Positions 25,844 through 37,125 of a stretch of DNA of 64,000 nt are shown here, piece by piece (position 1 is the first letter of the stretch; the number at the start of each line of letters is the position of its first letter). Origin of the DNA: Thermoplasmatota archaeon (GTDB taxonomy: Archaea; Thermoplasmatota; Thermoplasmata; UBA10834); assembly GCA_040751795.1 (NCBI GenBank), contig JBFMHR010000004.1:71884-135883 (forward strand), given 5' to 3'. Position numbers and translations under genes: made by a program. The notes below the pieces were generated by a model that was not told where the DNA came from, searched no databases, and worked only from the letters and a program-made list of their open reading frames with translations.

Positions 25844-27241
25844 ATGAGCGAACTACTGGCCCCTCTCCTCAAGGGCGTCCGTTCCAGCGCAGCCCTCGGC
25901 CTCGACTACATCGAGCTGAGGGCCGACGACGTCGCACAGACGTCGGTCGAGCTCCGCGAGTCCTCGGTCGAGAGCGTCACGCGGAAGCTGGAGCGCGGCC
26001 ATTCCGCGAGGGTCCTGAGGGCGGGGAGGTGGGGGTTCGCATCCTCCGACGGCATGAAGGACGTCGCCTCGACGGTCGCCGAGGCGTCGAAGGCGGCAGC
26101 TACCCTGGCCAAGGGCGGCCCCGCGGACACGAGCCTCTGCGAGGTCAAGCCGGTCAAGCGGGAGGTGCGGCCTCCCGCGAAGGTCCCTCTCGCCGAGGTG
26201 GGGCTGGACGAGAAGGTCTCGCACCTCACCTCCATCTGCAGGGCCGTGGTGGCGGCCGACGCGCGCATGACGGGCGCGAAGGCGAGCTACTCCGACGTCA
26301 CCGGGGAGAGGGTCCTGGTCACGAGCGAGGGCACCGAGGTCGTCCACCACATCTCGCACGCGTACCTGATGGCCCACGCCTCGGGCAACGCCTCGAACAG
26401 GATGGTGTCCGTGAGGGACGAGATGGGCACGGTCTCCGCAGGGTGGGAGCACTTCACGCGGGCCGAGCCCGCCGAGGCAGTGGCGGAGCGCCTCGTGAGG
26501 AAGGCGCGGCTGCAGATGGACGGCGTCCCGTGCAAGAGGGGCACGCACCCATGCGTCATATCGCCCAGGGTGGCGGGGATGCTGGCCCACGAGGCCCTCG
26601 GGCACCTCTCCGAGGCGGACCTCTTCGCGGCCGGCGCCTTCAACGACTTCGTCGGGAGGCGGGTCGCGCCCCGATCGGTCACCATGGTCGACTCACCCAT
26701 GATGGAAGACGGGTTCGGGAACGTGGCCGTGGACGACGAGGGGGTCGTCCCGAAGCCGGTCACCCTGATCGACGAGGGGATGCTCGGCTCCCAGATGACC
26801 AACCGGGAATGGTCGGCGCGCCTGGGCGTCCCCCCGACGGGGAACGCGCGCGCCGAGAACTACAGGGTCCCGCCCATCATCCGCATGAGGAACACCTACT
26901 TCGAGCGCGGCGACATGACCCTCGAGGAGCTGCTGGAGGGGATCGGCTCGGGATACTACTGCGTGGACGTCCGGGGCGGCCAGGCCGAGTCCAACTCGAG
27001 CTTCCAGGTCAGCATCCAGGAGTGCTACGAGGTCGTGAGGGGCGAGCTCGGGAGGCCGGTCAGGAGCCTGGCCATCAGCGGCCTCGCCACCAAGGCCCTC
27101 GGCATGATCGACGGGCTCGGGAAGGACTTCGGGTCCGAGTCCAGCTACTGCGGCAAGCTCATGCAGTCGATGCCGACCAGCGACGGGGGCCCCCACATCA
27201 GCATCAGGAGGGGCGGCGTCGTCTTCGGAGGTGCCGATTGA
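25844..27241 (+). CDS. tldD: TldD-family metalloprotease
   Basis: HEALGH zinc motif inside a TldD/PmbA fold; ATG at 25844 preferred because the TATA-like TTTTATAG sits at 25811. Confidence 0.8.
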   Translation: MSELLAPLLKGVRSSAALGLDYIELRADDVAQTSVELRESSVESVTRKLERGHSARVLRAGRWGFASSDGMKDVASTVAEASKAAATLAKGGPADTSLCEVKPVKREVRPPAKVPLAEVGLDEKVSHLTSICRAVVAADARMTGAKASYSDVTGERVLVTSEGTEVVHHISHAYLMAHASGNASNRMVSVRDEMGTVSAGWEHFTRAEPAEAVAERLVRKARLQMDGVPCKRGTHPCVISPRVAGMLAHEALGHLSEADLFAAGAFNDFVGRRVAPRSVTMVDSPMMEDGFGNVAVDDEGVVPKPVTLIDEGMLGSQMTNREWSARLGVPPTGNARAENYRVPPIIRMRNTYFERGDMTLEELLEGIGSGYYCVDVRGGQAESNSSFQVSIQECYEVVRGELGRPVRSLAISGLATKALGMIDGLGKDFGSESSYCGKLMQSMPTSDGGPHISIRRGGVVFGGAD

Positions 27242-28623
27242 TGCCCGCCGGGAAGCGCGACCTCCCGTCGGTGACGGACGCCCTCGAGAGGGTGGCCGCG
27301 ACGGCGAAGAGGATGCGGCTGGCCGAGTTCGACGCCTTCGCCGTGTCGAAGGCCTCCAGGAGCGTCACCATAGAGAGGGGAGGCGTCTCCGGGGCGGACT
27401 CCAGGACCGCGACGGCCCTCCACGTCCGGGTATGCATCGACGGCATGGTCGGCGGCGCCTTCTGCAACAGCTTCGAGGGGGGCGATGTGTCGAGGTGCTT
27501 GGCGGAGGCGGCGGGGATCGCGAGGCTGATGGCGCCGGACCGGAGATGGAGCGGCTTCCCTGCCGGCCCGGACAGCTACAGGTCCGTGCCTGGCCTCTGC
27601 GACAGGTCCGTGGCCTCCACGGACGTCGCCACCCTGGGGATCATGGCCGAGGAGATGATCGACGGCGCGATGTCCGTGTCTAAGAAGGTCGCCGTGCCGT
27701 ACGGCGCGGTCGAGGCCATCGAGAGGTCCGTCGGGGTCGCCAACTCATCTGGCGTGGACGTCGTCATGAAGGAGACCCAGCTCCAGGCGGTGATATGCTG
27801 CGTCGCAGGGTCCGGCGTGTCCATATCCCCGGACTGCGAGGAGTCGGGGATGTCGCGCGGGTGCGACCTCCGGACGGACAGGATCGGGGAGCGGGCCGGA
27901 TGGATCGCTGACAGGAGCACGCACCTGGTCAAGGCGTCGACCGAGGAGTGCGAGGTCGTCTTCTCCCCGATGTCCCTGGGAGCCTCAGACAGCGGCCTCC
28001 TCACGGTCGCCCTCAACAAGGCCTTCTCGGGCCAGAGCGTCATGCAGAGGACCTCGTTCCTCATGGACAGGGTGGGCGAGCAGGTGTGGTCCGACAGGGT
28101 CACCATGAGCGACAACCCCCTCCTGTCTGGCAGGTGCGGGTCGAGGCCGTTCGACGACGAGGGCCTGCCGACCTCCAAGACGCAGATGGTCAGGAAGGGC
28201 GTGCTCAGGGAGTTCCTCTGGGACAACTACTTCGGCTCGCTCTCGGGCGAGGGCTCGACCGGCAACGCCGTCAGGGACCTGGCCTCAGGGTCGGTCGGAG
28301 TCGCGCCGCTCTGCCTCCAGCTGACGCCTGGACGAGGCAACATGCACTCCCTCATCGAGGAGGTCGGCCACGGCTACCTGGTCTGGGGTGGCCAGGGGTC
28401 CCACACCAGCAACCCCGAGACAGGGGAGTTCTCGTTCGTCGCGAGCCCGGGCCTCCTCATCGAGGACGGGGAGGTCGTCGGCGGCGTGCGCGGGGCCATG
28501 ATCTCCGGCAACATATCCGCCTTCATGCAGAACGTCGAGTTGGTCGGCGGGGACGTGGTGGATTTCGGGAACTCGCTTATGCCGAGCGTCCTGTTCAGGG
28601 ACGTCAAGGTGACCACGGGCTGA
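27241..28623 (+). CDS. pmbA: PmbA/TldE-family protein (TldD partner)
   Basis: Paralogous to the upstream TldD but lacks HExxxH; start overlaps the tldD stop (TGATG). Confidence 0.75.
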   Translation: MPAGKRDLPSVTDALERVAATAKRMRLAEFDAFAVSKASRSVTIERGGVSGADSRTATALHVRVCIDGMVGGAFCNSFEGGDVSRCLAEAAGIARLMAPDRRWSGFPAGPDSYRSVPGLCDRSVASTDVATLGIMAEEMIDGAMSVSKKVAVPYGAVEAIERSVGVANSSGVDVVMKETQLQAVICCVAGSGVSISPDCEESGMSRGCDLRTDRIGERAGWIADRSTHLVKASTEECEVVFSPMSLGASDSGLLTVALNKAFSGQSVMQRTSFLMDRVGEQVWSDRVTMSDNPLLSGRCGSRPFDDEGLPTSKTQMVRKGVLREFLWDNYFGSLSGEGSTGNAVRDLASGSVGVAPLCLQLTPGRGNMHSLIEEVGHGYLVWGGQGSHTSNPETGEFSFVASPGLLIEDGEVVGGVRGAMISGNISAFMQNVELVGGDVVDFGNSLMPSVLFRDVKVTTG

Positions 28624-29321
28624 TGACGATGCCGCGGGACATTCCCAGGGCGGCGGCGAGGAGGAAGGCCGCCAGGATCGACAGGGCGCTCACCGAGGAG
28701 TACGGCGAGAAGTCGGCCGGCTCGGACGAGGATCCCGTCGACACGCTCGTCGAGACCATTCTCTCGCAGAACACCACGGACATCAACTCCCACAGGTCCT
28801 TCCTGGCGCTGAAGAAGGCGTACCGGGACTGGCACGACATGCTCGGCGAGGACCAGGCGATCGTATCGGGGATCATCCGCTCCGGGGGCCTGCCCGACAT
28901 CAAGGCCAGGAGGATACTCGACGCGCTGGAGTTCATCCACCGCGAGCGCGGGAGGATCGAGCTGGACTTCCTGAGGGACATGCCCCCGGCGGAGGCCGAC
29001 CGGTGGCTGGCGCAGATGAAGGGCGTCGGCCCGAAGACCCGCTCGATAGTCCTGCTCTTCTCCCTGGGGATGGCCGCGTTCCCGGTGGACACCCACATCC
29101 ACAGGGTGACCCGGCGCCTCGGGCTGATCGGCCCCAAGGTCACAAGGGAGCAGGCCCAGGCGGTGCTCGGGGCCATCGTCCCGGAGAGCGAGTACTACAA
29201 CTTCCACATCAACCTCATAGAGCACGGAAGGGCCGTGTGCCGGGCCCGCAGGCCAGCTTGCGAGGCGTGCTTGGTCGCAGGCATGTGCGACCACTTCTCC
29301 GCCGCGAAGGCACAGCCTTGA
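28623..29321 (+). CDS. nth: Endonuclease III (HhH-GPD DNA glycosylase/lyase with [4Fe-4S])
   Basis: HhH MKGVGPKT, catalytic VDTHIHRV, C-terminal C-x6-C-x2-C-x5-C; start overlaps the pmbA stop (TGATG). Confidence 0.8.
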   Translation: MTMPRDIPRAAARRKAARIDRALTEEYGEKSAGSDEDPVDTLVETILSQNTTDINSHRSFLALKKAYRDWHDMLGEDQAIVSGIIRSGGLPDIKARRILDALEFIHRERGRIELDFLRDMPPAEADRWLAQMKGVGPKTRSIVLLFSLGMAAFPVDTHIHRVTRRLGLIGPKVTREQAQAVLGAIVPESEYYNFHINLIEHGRAVCRARRPACEACLVAGMCDHFSAAKAQP

Positions 29322-29349
29322 TATAGGCTCGAACCGCCTCCCTTGGCTC

Positions 29350-29754
29350 ATGAGGTACAGGCTGCTGGAGCACACGGCCGACGCGATGGTCGAGGCCCAC
29401 GGCGAGAGCCTCGGCGAGAGGTTCGCCAACGCGGCCTACGCGATGTTCGACCAGATGACCGACGCCTCCAGGATCTCCCCGACGGGCGAGGTCAGGGTCG
29501 AGCTCAAGGCGGAGGCGCGCGAGCAGCTGCTGGTCGACTTCCTCCAGGAGCTCCTGTTCCTCCACGACACCGAGAACCTCGTGTTCGGCGAGTTCGACGT
29601 CGAGACCGACGGCACCAGCCTCACGGCCCGCGCCCGAGGGGAGGCGTTCGACGGGTCGAGGCACCCGAAGAGGTCCGTGGTGAAGGGAGTGACGTACCAC
29701 GGGCTTTCCTTCGACGACGCGAGGAAGACCATCACAGTGCTGTTCGATGTCTGA
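29350..29754 (+). CDS. Archease (RtcB RNA-ligase activator)
   Basis: MRYRLLEHTADAMVEAHGESLGERF... archease signature. Confidence 0.8.
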   Translation: MRYRLLEHTADAMVEAHGESLGERFANAAYAMFDQMTDASRISPTGEVRVELKAEAREQLLVDFLQELLFLHDTENLVFGEFDVETDGTSLTARARGEAFDGSRHPKRSVVKGVTYHGLSFDDARKTITVLFDV

Positions 29755-29763
29755 GGCGCGCAG

Positions 29764-30723
29764 ATGAAGGCGTCGGCGGTGGCCCACCCCATACAGGGCC
29801 TGATCAAGTACCACGGCCTCAGGGACGAGGTCCTGAGGCTGCCCTATCACGACTCCATCTCCGTCGCCACATCGCCGACCGCCTCGCACACCACCATCGA
29901 GTTCGGGGACTTCGGGAGTGACAGCGCCACCCTGGACTCTCGCGCGCTCGAGGGCAGGGAGCTCGAGAGGGTCGTGTCCGTGGTTGACGAGGTCAGGCGC
30001 AGGGCGGGCTCGGAGGCGAGGTTCCGCATGGCGTCGACCAACAACTTCCCGTCGAACGTGGGCCTGGGCGCCTCCGCGTCGGGGTTCGCCGCGCTCGCGC
30101 TGGCTGGCAGCGAGGCCCTCGGCCTGTGCCTCACGCTGGAGCAGGTCTCCGTAATAGCCAGGAGGGGGGCCGGCTCCGCGACTCGCTCCGTCACCGGCGC
30201 CTTCTCCCGCTGGAAGGCAGGCCACGACGACGAGGAGTCGTACTCCTACCAGATCGCCTCGGAGGAGTTCGAGATGGGGATAGTGGTGGCGCTCGTGCCC
30301 GCGTTCAAGTACACCGAGAGCGCCCACCGGGCCGTGCTGGGGTCCCCGTTCTTCCACTCGCGCCTCGCGTACATCCACGGGGCGCTGGCGGAGATGGAGA
30401 GCGCGATAAGGAAGAGGGACATCGACCGGGTCGGGATGCTGGCCGAGCGCGACTCGCTCATACTCCACGGGATAACAATGACGGGGCTCGACGAGATGAT
30501 CCTCTGGCGGCCCGAGACGGTGAAGGTCATCCTCGAGGTCAGGAGGATGCGCGAGGAGGGCATCCCCGCGTACTTCTCCATAGACACCGGGGCGACCGTC
30601 TACGTCAACACGCACCCGTCGCGGACGGACGAGGTCGAGGAGAGGATCAAGGGGCTGGGCGTCGAGACGCTCCGTTGCGGCGTCGGCGGGTGCGCCACCG
30701 TCGTCAGGGAGCACCTCTTCTAG
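29764..30723 (+). CDS. GHMP-kinase-fold diphosphomevalonate-decarboxylase-family enzyme (phospho-/bisphosphomevalonate decarboxylase or mevalonate 3-kinase homologue)
   Basis: IKYHGLRD N-terminus and GHMP P-loop NFPSNVGLGASASGFAALALA. Confidence 0.75.
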   Translation: MKASAVAHPIQGLIKYHGLRDEVLRLPYHDSISVATSPTASHTTIEFGDFGSDSATLDSRALEGRELERVVSVVDEVRRRAGSEARFRMASTNNFPSNVGLGASASGFAALALAGSEALGLCLTLEQVSVIARRGAGSATRSVTGAFSRWKAGHDDEESYSYQIASEEFEMGIVVALVPAFKYTESAHRAVLGSPFFHSRLAYIHGALAEMESAIRKRDIDRVGMLAERDSLILHGITMTGLDEMILWRPETVKVILEVRRMREEGIPAYFSIDTGATVYVNTHPSRTDEVEERIKGLGVETLRCGVGGCATVVREHLF

Positions 30724-31467
30724 TCACTTGCCGTCCGCGCCCTGGAGGTCGATAGCCTCTCCGAGGGAGAGTTCCCCGAGGGCCACCCTGGCCGCGAGGT
30801 CCTTCGAGACGGTCAGCCGCCCGTTGCTCTCGAGCCTGCTGAGCCTCTGGATGTTGCGCAGCTCTCCGTCGCACGGCTGGACCGGCTGCTTCTTGACGGG
30901 CTTGTACCCGGGCGTCATCGCTATCTCCACGGCTGCGTCCTCGTCGGGCGTCTCCGATCTGGTCGTGGTGTTGTGCTCGTCGACTATCTCGAGCCTCCGC
31001 CCGTCGTCCCAAAGCCTGTTGAATATCCTGTTCCGGTTGGTCCTGTCCCCGTTGCCGATCCTGACCAGGAGGTTCGTGCAGGGGTAGTCCCTGGCCATCC
31101 GGTCCACGATGTCGCCCACGCCCTCCGGCGAAGGCGCGACGGCCCTGGTGAGCACGACCCCGTCCCCCACGGCGGCGACCCCTGGCCTGTGGCCCGGGTC
31201 GACCCCTATGCACAGGCTCTTCACCGCGGCGCTCCCGGCGAGCTCCTTGACCGCCCTGGTGACGGCTGCGTCCGGGTCCGCGTCGGAAACGACGCGGTCG
31301 AAGGGCACCATCGGCGCCTCCGCGTCCGTGGTGATCACGACCCCCACGTGCGCGGGGACCGCCTCCCCGAACTCCAGCGAGACGAACCCGAGTCCCCGCT
31401 CCCTGAGGACCTCGAGCGTCTCGAAATAGGTCCTCGAGTCCTCGGTCAGGAGCCCTATGCGTTTCAT
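30724..31467 (-). CDS. Hypothetical protein with a RuvC/YqgF-like (RNase H fold) motif
   Basis: High GC3; central LCIGVDPGHRPGVAAVGDG resembles the first catalytic strand of RuvC/YqgF/DUF429 nucleases; co-directional immediately after dnaJ. Confidence 0.4.
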   Translation of the reverse strand: MKRIGLLTEDSRTYFETLEVLRERGLGFVSLEFGEAVPAHVGVVITTDAEAPMVPFDRVVSDADPDAAVTRAVKELAGSAAVKSLCIGVDPGHRPGVAAVGDGVVLTRAVAPSPEGVGDIVDRMARDYPCTNLLVRIGNGDRTNRNRIFNRLWDDGRRLEIVDEHNTTTRSETPDEDAAVEIAMTPGYKPVKKQPVQPCDGELRNIQRLSRLESNGRLTVSKDLAARVALGELSLGEAIDLQGADGK

Positions 31468-31510
31468 CCAGTGGTGATTTGGGGGCGTCGGGATAAATAT
31501 GTTCCGCTGC

Positions 31511-32668
31511 TCAGCCCTTCCCGAACCTGCTGAACACGGACTTCCTCTTGGCGCCGCTGCCGTAGTCGCCCAGGGACTCCCCCAGCTTCTTCAGCATCGC
31601 CCTCTGCTCCGAAGTGAGCTTCGTGGGCGTGACCACCGTGACCTTGACGAACTGGTCCCCGTTCCCGTAGCCCCTGAGGTCGGGCATCCCCTTCCCCTTG
31701 AGCCTGAGCACCGTGCCGGTCTGGGTCCCGGGCGGCACTGTCACCCTGGCGGTCCCGCCCAGCGTGGGCACGTCCACCTCCGCCCCGAGGGCCGCCTGCG
31801 CGAAGGTCACGGGCGCCTCCACCCAGAGGTCCTTGCCGTCCCGGTCGAATACCGGGTGGTCCTCGATGTGCACGACGATGTAGAGGTCCCCAGGAGGCCC
31901 TCCGTTCGGCCCGGCCTCCCCGGCGCCCCTTATCCTGAGCCTCATCCCCTCCTCGGCCCCCTTGGGCACGGAGACCTTGAGGGTCGAGGTGGTCTGGACG
32001 GACCCGGCCCCGCCGCAGTCGGCGCAGGGCTTGGTCACCTGCCTCCCCTGCCCCCTGCAGGTCGGGCATGCTGATATCGTGACGAACTGGGTGTAGCCGC
32101 GCTTCTGCCCCCTCTGGACCTGGCCCGTGCCCTTGCACGTGGCGCAGGTCTTGATGTCGGCCTGCTTCGCCCCGAGGCCCCCGCAGGTCTTGCAGGCGAC
32201 GCTGTGCGGAACGCGGATGTCCCTCTCGATCCCGGCGGCCGCGTCCTCGAGGCCGACCTCGATGTCGTACCGGAGGGACCTCCCCTCCTGGGGGCCCGTC
32301 CTCCTGGCGCCGCCCCCGAAGAACTGCTCGAATATGCTCCCGCCGAAGCCGCCGCCCTCGGACCCGCCGAAGATGTCGGATATGTCGCCGAAGTGGGTGA
32401 AGTCGGACCAGTCGAACCCGCCGCTCCTGAAGGTGCTCTGGACGCCCTCGTGGCCGAACTGGTCGTAGCGGGCCTTCTTCTCCTCGTCGGCGAGCACCTC
32501 GTAGGCCTCCGAGAGCTCCTTGAACTTCTCCTCGGACTCCTTGGCCTTGTCCTTGTTCATGTCCGGGTGGTACTTCATGGCGAGCTTGCGGTAGGCCTTC
32601 TTGATGTCGTCCATCGACGCAGTCCTCGGGACGCCCAGTATCTCGTAGTAGTCTCTCTTAGCGGCCAT
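31511..32668 (-). CDS. dnaJ: Chaperone DnaJ (Hsp40)
   Basis: J-domain with HPD, G/F region, and four CxxCxGxG zinc repeats. Confidence 0.9.
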   Translation of the reverse strand: MAAKRDYYEILGVPRTASMDDIKKAYRKLAMKYHPDMNKDKAKESEEKFKELSEAYEVLADEEKKARYDQFGHEGVQSTFRSGGFDWSDFTHFGDISDIFGGSEGGGFGGSIFEQFFGGGARRTGPQEGRSLRYDIEVGLEDAAAGIERDIRVPHSVACKTCGGLGAKQADIKTCATCKGTGQVQRGQKRGYTQFVTISACPTCRGQGRQVTKPCADCGGAGSVQTTSTLKVSVPKGAEEGMRLRIRGAGEAGPNGGPPGDLYIVVHIEDHPVFDRDGKDLWVEAPVTFAQAALGAEVDVPTLGGTARVTVPPGTQTGTVLRLKGKGMPDLRGYGNGDQFVKVTVVTPTKLTSEQRAMLKKLGESLGDYGSGAKRKSVFSRFGKG

Positions 32669-32745
32669 CTGAAGTCTCCCGGTGACACGTGACGCGTGTC
32701 AGGCAAAGGTAATGGGTAAAGGGTGAAAGAGGTTTCGGAGGGTTC

Positions 32746-34626
32746 TCACTTCTTCTCGTCGTCGACGATTTTGTACTCGGCGTCCACGAAGCCGCCGTCC
32801 CCCTCGGGGGGCGTCTGCCCCTCGCCGGGCGGCGGCGCCTGCTGGGACTGCTGGGCCTGTTGCTGCTGGGCGGCCTCGTAGACCCTCTTGCCGACCTCGA
32901 GCAGGGCCTTCTCGAGCTCGTCGAGCTTCTGCTTGATCAGCGCGGGGTCGTCGGAGGGCACCGCGGCCTTCAGCTCCTCGGCCAGCTTCGTCAGCCTCTC
33001 CTTCAGGTCAGGGGCGATCTTGTCCCCCATCTCCTCGATGATGTGGCCGACCTCGTAGGCCCTTTGCTCGGCGCGGTTCTTGAGCTCCGCCTTCTCCTTC
33101 CTCTTCTTGTCCTCGTCGGCGAACTTCTCGGCGTCCTTCACCATCCGTTCGACGTCGTCCTTGCCGAGCTTCGTCGTCGCGGTGATGGTTATCTTCTGCT
33201 CCTTGCCCGTGCCGAGGTCCTTCGCCTTGACGTCGATTATGCCGTTTGCGTCGATGTCGAAGGTGACCTCGACCTGGGGGATCCCCCTCGGGGCTGGCGG
33301 GATGCCGATGAGGTGGAACCTGCCGAGGGTCACGTTGTCCGAGGCCATGGGCCTCTCGCCCTGGAGGACGTGTATCTCCACGCTGGTCTGGCCGTCCGCG
33401 GCGGTCGTGAATGTCTCGCTCTTCCGTGTCGGGATGGTGGTGTTCCTCTCTATGAGCTTGTGGAACACGCTGCCCATGGTCTCGACTCCTAGTGACAGCG
33501 GCGTCACGTCCAGCAGCAGTATGTCCTTGACCGTGCCCTCTATTACGCCCCCCTGGATGGCCGCGCCCATGGCGACGCACTCCATCGGGTCGACGCCGCG
33601 AACGATCTTCGGGCCCACTATGCCCTCGACGAACCGCTGGACGATCGGCATCCGCGTCGGCCCTCCGACGAGGATGACCTTGTCGATGTTATCCGTGGAC
33701 AGCTTGCCGTCCTGGATGGCCTGCATCATCGGCCCCCTGCACCGCTCCACCACCGGCTTGATGAGCTCTTCGAGGTTCGCCCTCGTCAGCTTCATGGCGA
33801 GGTGCCGCGGTCCGGCCGAGTCGGCGCTCAGGTACGGGAGGTTGATCTCGGTCTCAAGGGTCGAGGAGAGCTCTATCTTGGCCTTCTCGACCGCCTCGCG
33901 GACCCTCTGGACGGCCATCTTGTCCTTGGATATGTCTATGCCCGTGTCGGCCTTGAACTCCTTCGAGACGTGCTCCAGGAGCACGTTGTCCATGTCTGTC
34001 CCGCCCAGCTGCGTGTCGCCGCTGGTGGATATGACCTCGAAGACGCCCTGGCCGAACTCCATGATGGTCACGTCGAGCGTGCCGCCGCCGAGGTCGAAGA
34101 CGAGTACCTTGTGCTCGCTCTCGGACTTGTCCAGGCCGTAGGCGAGGGCGGCCGCCGTCGGCTCGTTGATGATCCTGACGACCTCGAGCCCGGCGATGGT
34201 GCCCGCGTCCTTGGTCGCCTGCCTCTGGTTGTCGTTGAAGTAGGCGGGCACCGTGATGACCGCCTTCTCGACCTTCGTGCCCAGATAGGCTTCGGCATCC
34301 CTCTTTATCTTCTGGAGGATGAACGCGGAGACCTGCTGCGGCGTGTATTCCTTGCCGTGGATCCTGACCTTGTAGTCCGAGCCCATCTTCCTCTTGATTG
34401 CCATCACGGTCCCTTCCGGGTTCGAGACCGCCTGGCGTCTGGCAGGCTCCCCGACGAGCATCTGCCCGTCCTTCGTGAACGCGACGTACGATGGGAATGC
34501 CTTGCCTCCCAGGCTCGTGCCCTCAGCGCTCGGTATTATCGTGGGCCTGCCGCCCTCGACGACCGCGGCCGCCGAGTTGCTCGTGCCGAGGTCGATTCCT
34601 ATCACTTTTCCCTTCGATTCTGCCAT
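32746..34626 (-). CDS. dnaK: Chaperone DnaK (Hsp70)
   Basis: [15 protein letters not shown] and [11 protein letters not shown] signatures. Confidence 0.95.
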   Translation of the reverse strand: MAESKGKVIGIDLGTSNSAAAVVEGGRPTIIPSAEGTSLGGKAFPSYVAFTKDGQMLVGEPARRQAVSNPEGTVMAIKRKMGSDYKVRIHGKEYTPQQVSAFILQKIKRDAEAYLGTKVEKAVITVPAYFNDNQRQATKDAGTIAGLEVVRIINEPTAAALAYGLDKSESEHKVLVFDLGGGTLDVTIMEFGQGVFEVISTSGDTQLGGTDMDNVLLEHVSKEFKADTGIDISKDKMAVQRVREAVEKAKIELSSTLETEINLPYLSADSAGPRHLAMKLTRANLEELIKPVVERCRGPMMQAIQDGKLSTDNIDKVILVGGPTRMPIVQRFVEGIVGPKIVRGVDPMECVAMGAAIQGGVIEGTVKDILLLDVTPLSLGVETMGSVFHKLIERNTTIPTRKSETFTTAADGQTSVEIHVLQGERPMASDNVTLGRFHLIGIPPAPRGIPQVEVTFDIDANGIIDVKAKDLGTGKEQKITITATTKLGKDDVERMVKDAEKFADEDKKRKEKAELKNRAEQRAYEVGHIIEEMGDKIAPDLKERLTKLAEELKAAVPSDDPALIKQKLDELEKALLEVGKRVYEAAQQQQAQQSQQAPPPGEGQTPPEGDGGFVDAEYKIVDDEKK

Positions 34627-34629
34627 TCT

Positions 34630-35205
34630 TCACTCACCTCTGTCGTCTGGTTGTGACTCCTGTGTATCGTGAACCTCTTCGGCCTCCCTCCTCTTGGAGA
34701 CCTTCACCTTCGCCGTGCGTATGACCTTCGGGCCGATCGCGTACCCCTTCTGGTACACCTCCAGTATCGCCCCGTCCTCACCGCCGTCGCGCTCCTCCCG
34801 CATCATGGCCTCGTGTTCGAAGGGATCGAACCTCCCTTCGGTCCTGACCTCCCTGAGTCCCTGCCTGCGAAGGGCCTGGATGAGCTGCCGGTGTATGCCC
34901 TGGAGCCCCTTCAGCAGCGGTTCGGGATACCCGTTCTTCCCCGCGTCCTCTAGGGCCTTGTCGAATGTGTCCACGACCGCGAGGAGGTCCCGCACGACGT
35001 CCTCCGCGCCGGCTCTGGTCCGTTCCGCCCCCTCCTTCGCGGCGCGTTTCTTGTAGTTCTCGAACTCCGCCTGGAGGCGCTTGAGGTCGTCCGTGAGCTC
35101 CTCTATCCTCCTGTCCCTCTCCGCGAACGGGTCCGGGGGAGGGACCTCCTTCGCATCCTGTTCCTTCTCGGGCGTCAAGGCCTCGCCCGCGTCCTCGTCA
35201 GCCAT
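34630..35205 (-). CDS. grpE: Nucleotide exchange factor GrpE
   Basis: Coiled-coil N-terminus (LQAEFENYKKRAAKE) followed by a GrpE C-terminal domain; immediately upstream of dnaK. Confidence 0.9.
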   Translation of the reverse strand: MADEDAGEALTPEKEQDAKEVPPPDPFAERDRRIEELTDDLKRLQAEFENYKKRAAKEGAERTRAGAEDVVRDLLAVVDTFDKALEDAGKNGYPEPLLKGLQGIHRQLIQALRRQGLREVRTEGRFDPFEHEAMMREERDGGEDGAILEVYQKGYAIGPKVIRTAKVKVSKRREAEEVHDTQESQPDDRGE

Positions 35206-35292
35206 GGCTCGCAGCCTCCAGCGGGGACGCGGGCGCGTTGAGCCCGCGTCTCGAACTTGAGGGGTTTGGGTTAAGGGGTTTGGGGATGGACC

Positions 35293-36927
35293 TCAGTCCA
35301 TGTCTCCCATGTCGCCGCCGGGCCCGCCGCCCGGTGGGCCCTTCGGGGCGCCGCCCTTGGACGCTATGACGTCGTCGATCCTGAGGATCATGACGGCCGC
35401 GTCCGTCGCGGAGCTGATGGCCTGCCTTCCGACCCTGATTGGTTCGAGGACCTTCTCCTTCCTCATGTCGGCGATCTTGCCGGTGAAGACGTTCACGCCG
35501 GCGGTCTTCTTGCCCGCCTTGTGCGCCTGCCTCAGCTCAATCAGGATGTCGATCGGGTCCAGTCCGGCGTTCTCCGCCAGCGCTGTGGGTATGACCTCGA
35601 GGGCCGACGCGAACGCGTCTATGGCGATCTGCTCCCTGCCGCCGACCGACGCCGCGTAGTCCCTCAGCCTGAGGGCCAACTCGGTGGCTGCGGAGCCGCC
35701 GCCCGTGACCAGCTTCCCGTCCTCGAAGGCGACCGCGACGACGCTGATGGCGTCGTTCAGGGACCTGTCGATCTCGTCCACGACGTGCTCGGTGCCGCCC
35801 CTGATGAGTATGGACACGGCCTTCGGGTTCTTGCAGCCCGTGACGAAGGTCATCCTGTCGTCCGCGATCTTCTTCTCTTCGACGAGCTTCGCCTCGCCGA
35901 GGTCGTCGGCCTTCAGGTCGTCCAGCTTCGTGACGAGGTTGGCGCCCGTGGCCTTCGCGAGCTTCTCCATGTCGCTCTTCTTGACCCTGCGCACGGCATA
36001 TATCCCTGCCTTGGACAGGTAGTGCTGGGCGAGGTCGTCGATGCCCTTCTGGCAGAAGAGGACGGTCGCGCCCGACTTCTTGACGGTCTCGACCATCTTC
36101 TTGAGCATGTTCTCCTCCTCATCGAGGAACGCGTGCAGCTGGCTCGGGTCCGTGATCTCGATCTTCGCGTCGATCTCGGTCTTCTTGACCTCGAGCGCGG
36201 AATCGACGAGTGCGACCTTGGCCTTCTCGACCTTCTTCGGCATCGCCGGGTGCACTGCCTCCTTGTCGACTATGATCCCGGAGATCATCGTGGTGTCGTC
36301 CATCGAGCCGCCCTGCTTCTTGACGACCTGGATGTTGTCCTCGTCGACGACCCACTTCCCGCCCTCCTTCTTCTCCGCCACGGCGGAGATGGCGTCCACC
36401 GCCACCTTGGCCAGGAGCTCCCTGGAGGCTGCGACGCTCTTCGATATCATCGCGGTCTTCGCGATGTCCATGAGTGTGTCCTTGTCGTCCGGGGAGACGC
36501 CGATGGCGACCTCCTCGAGGTACTCCCTGGCCTTGTTGGCCGCGAGCCTGTAGCCGCCCGATATGACGGTCGGGTGGACGTTCTGCTCGATCAGCCCCTC
36601 GGCCTTCTTCAGCAGCTCACCTGTGAGGACGACTGCGGTCGTCGTCCCGTCGCCGCACTCCTCGTCCTGGGTCTTGGCGACCTCGACGATCATCTTGGCC
36701 GCCGGGTGCTCGACGTCGATCTCCTTCAGTATGGTCACACCGTCGTTGGTGATGACCACGTCGCCCATGCTGTCGACGAGCATCTTGTCCATGCCCCTCG
36801 GGCCCAAGGTGCTCCTGACCGCATCGGCTATGGCCCTGGCGGCAGTGATGTTGTTGAACTGCGCGCCCTTGCCCTTGTCTCTCTTCGTTCCCTCCTTCAG
36901 TATAAGAACGGGTGTTTGGCCTATCAT
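35293..36927 (-). CDS. ths: Thermosome subunit (group II chaperonin)
   Basis: [21 protein letters not shown]...[15 protein letters not shown] and C-terminal GGMGGM-like tail. Confidence 0.95.
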   Translation of the reverse strand: MIGQTPVLILKEGTKRDKGKGAQFNNITAARAIADAVRSTLGPRGMDKMLVDSMGDVVITNDGVTILKEIDVEHPAAKMIVEVAKTQDEECGDGTTTAVVLTGELLKKAEGLIEQNVHPTVISGGYRLAANKAREYLEEVAIGVSPDDKDTLMDIAKTAMISKSVAASRELLAKVAVDAISAVAEKKEGGKWVVDEDNIQVVKKQGGSMDDTTMISGIIVDKEAVHPAMPKKVEKAKVALVDSALEVKKTEIDAKIEITDPSQLHAFLDEEENMLKKMVETVKKSGATVLFCQKGIDDLAQHYLSKAGIYAVRRVKKSDMEKLAKATGANLVTKLDDLKADDLGEAKLVEEKKIADDRMTFVTGCKNPKAVSILIRGGTEHVVDEIDRSLNDAISVVAVAFEDGKLVTGGGSAATELALRLRDYAASVGGREQIAIDAFASALEVIPTALAENAGLDPIDILIELRQAHKAGKKTAGVNVFTGKIADMRKEKVLEPIRVGRQAISSATDAAVMILRIDDVIASKGGAPKGPPGGGPGGDMGDMD

Positions 36928-37125
36928 TTCATACCTCCCAACTCTATCTGGACACGACTGTCCTTCGCCCTTCCTTTCACGGGTCGGGGCCCGTATATGT
37001 TAGTGCTTCTATATAACTGTTATCGTGGCCTGATACGGCGCGGCCCCCGCCCCATAGCGGCCCCCGGGCACACCGTCACGGGGCACGGATATATCTAGGT
37101 GCTAGCCTTTCTGCGCCCCCTTGCT

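Noticed and set aside
26029-28623. 864-aa ORF reading through the tldD region into pmbA
   Set aside because: Only the portion from ATG 27241 onward matches a protein family (PmbA). The upstream part is an R/G-rich artefact overlapping tldD in another frame.
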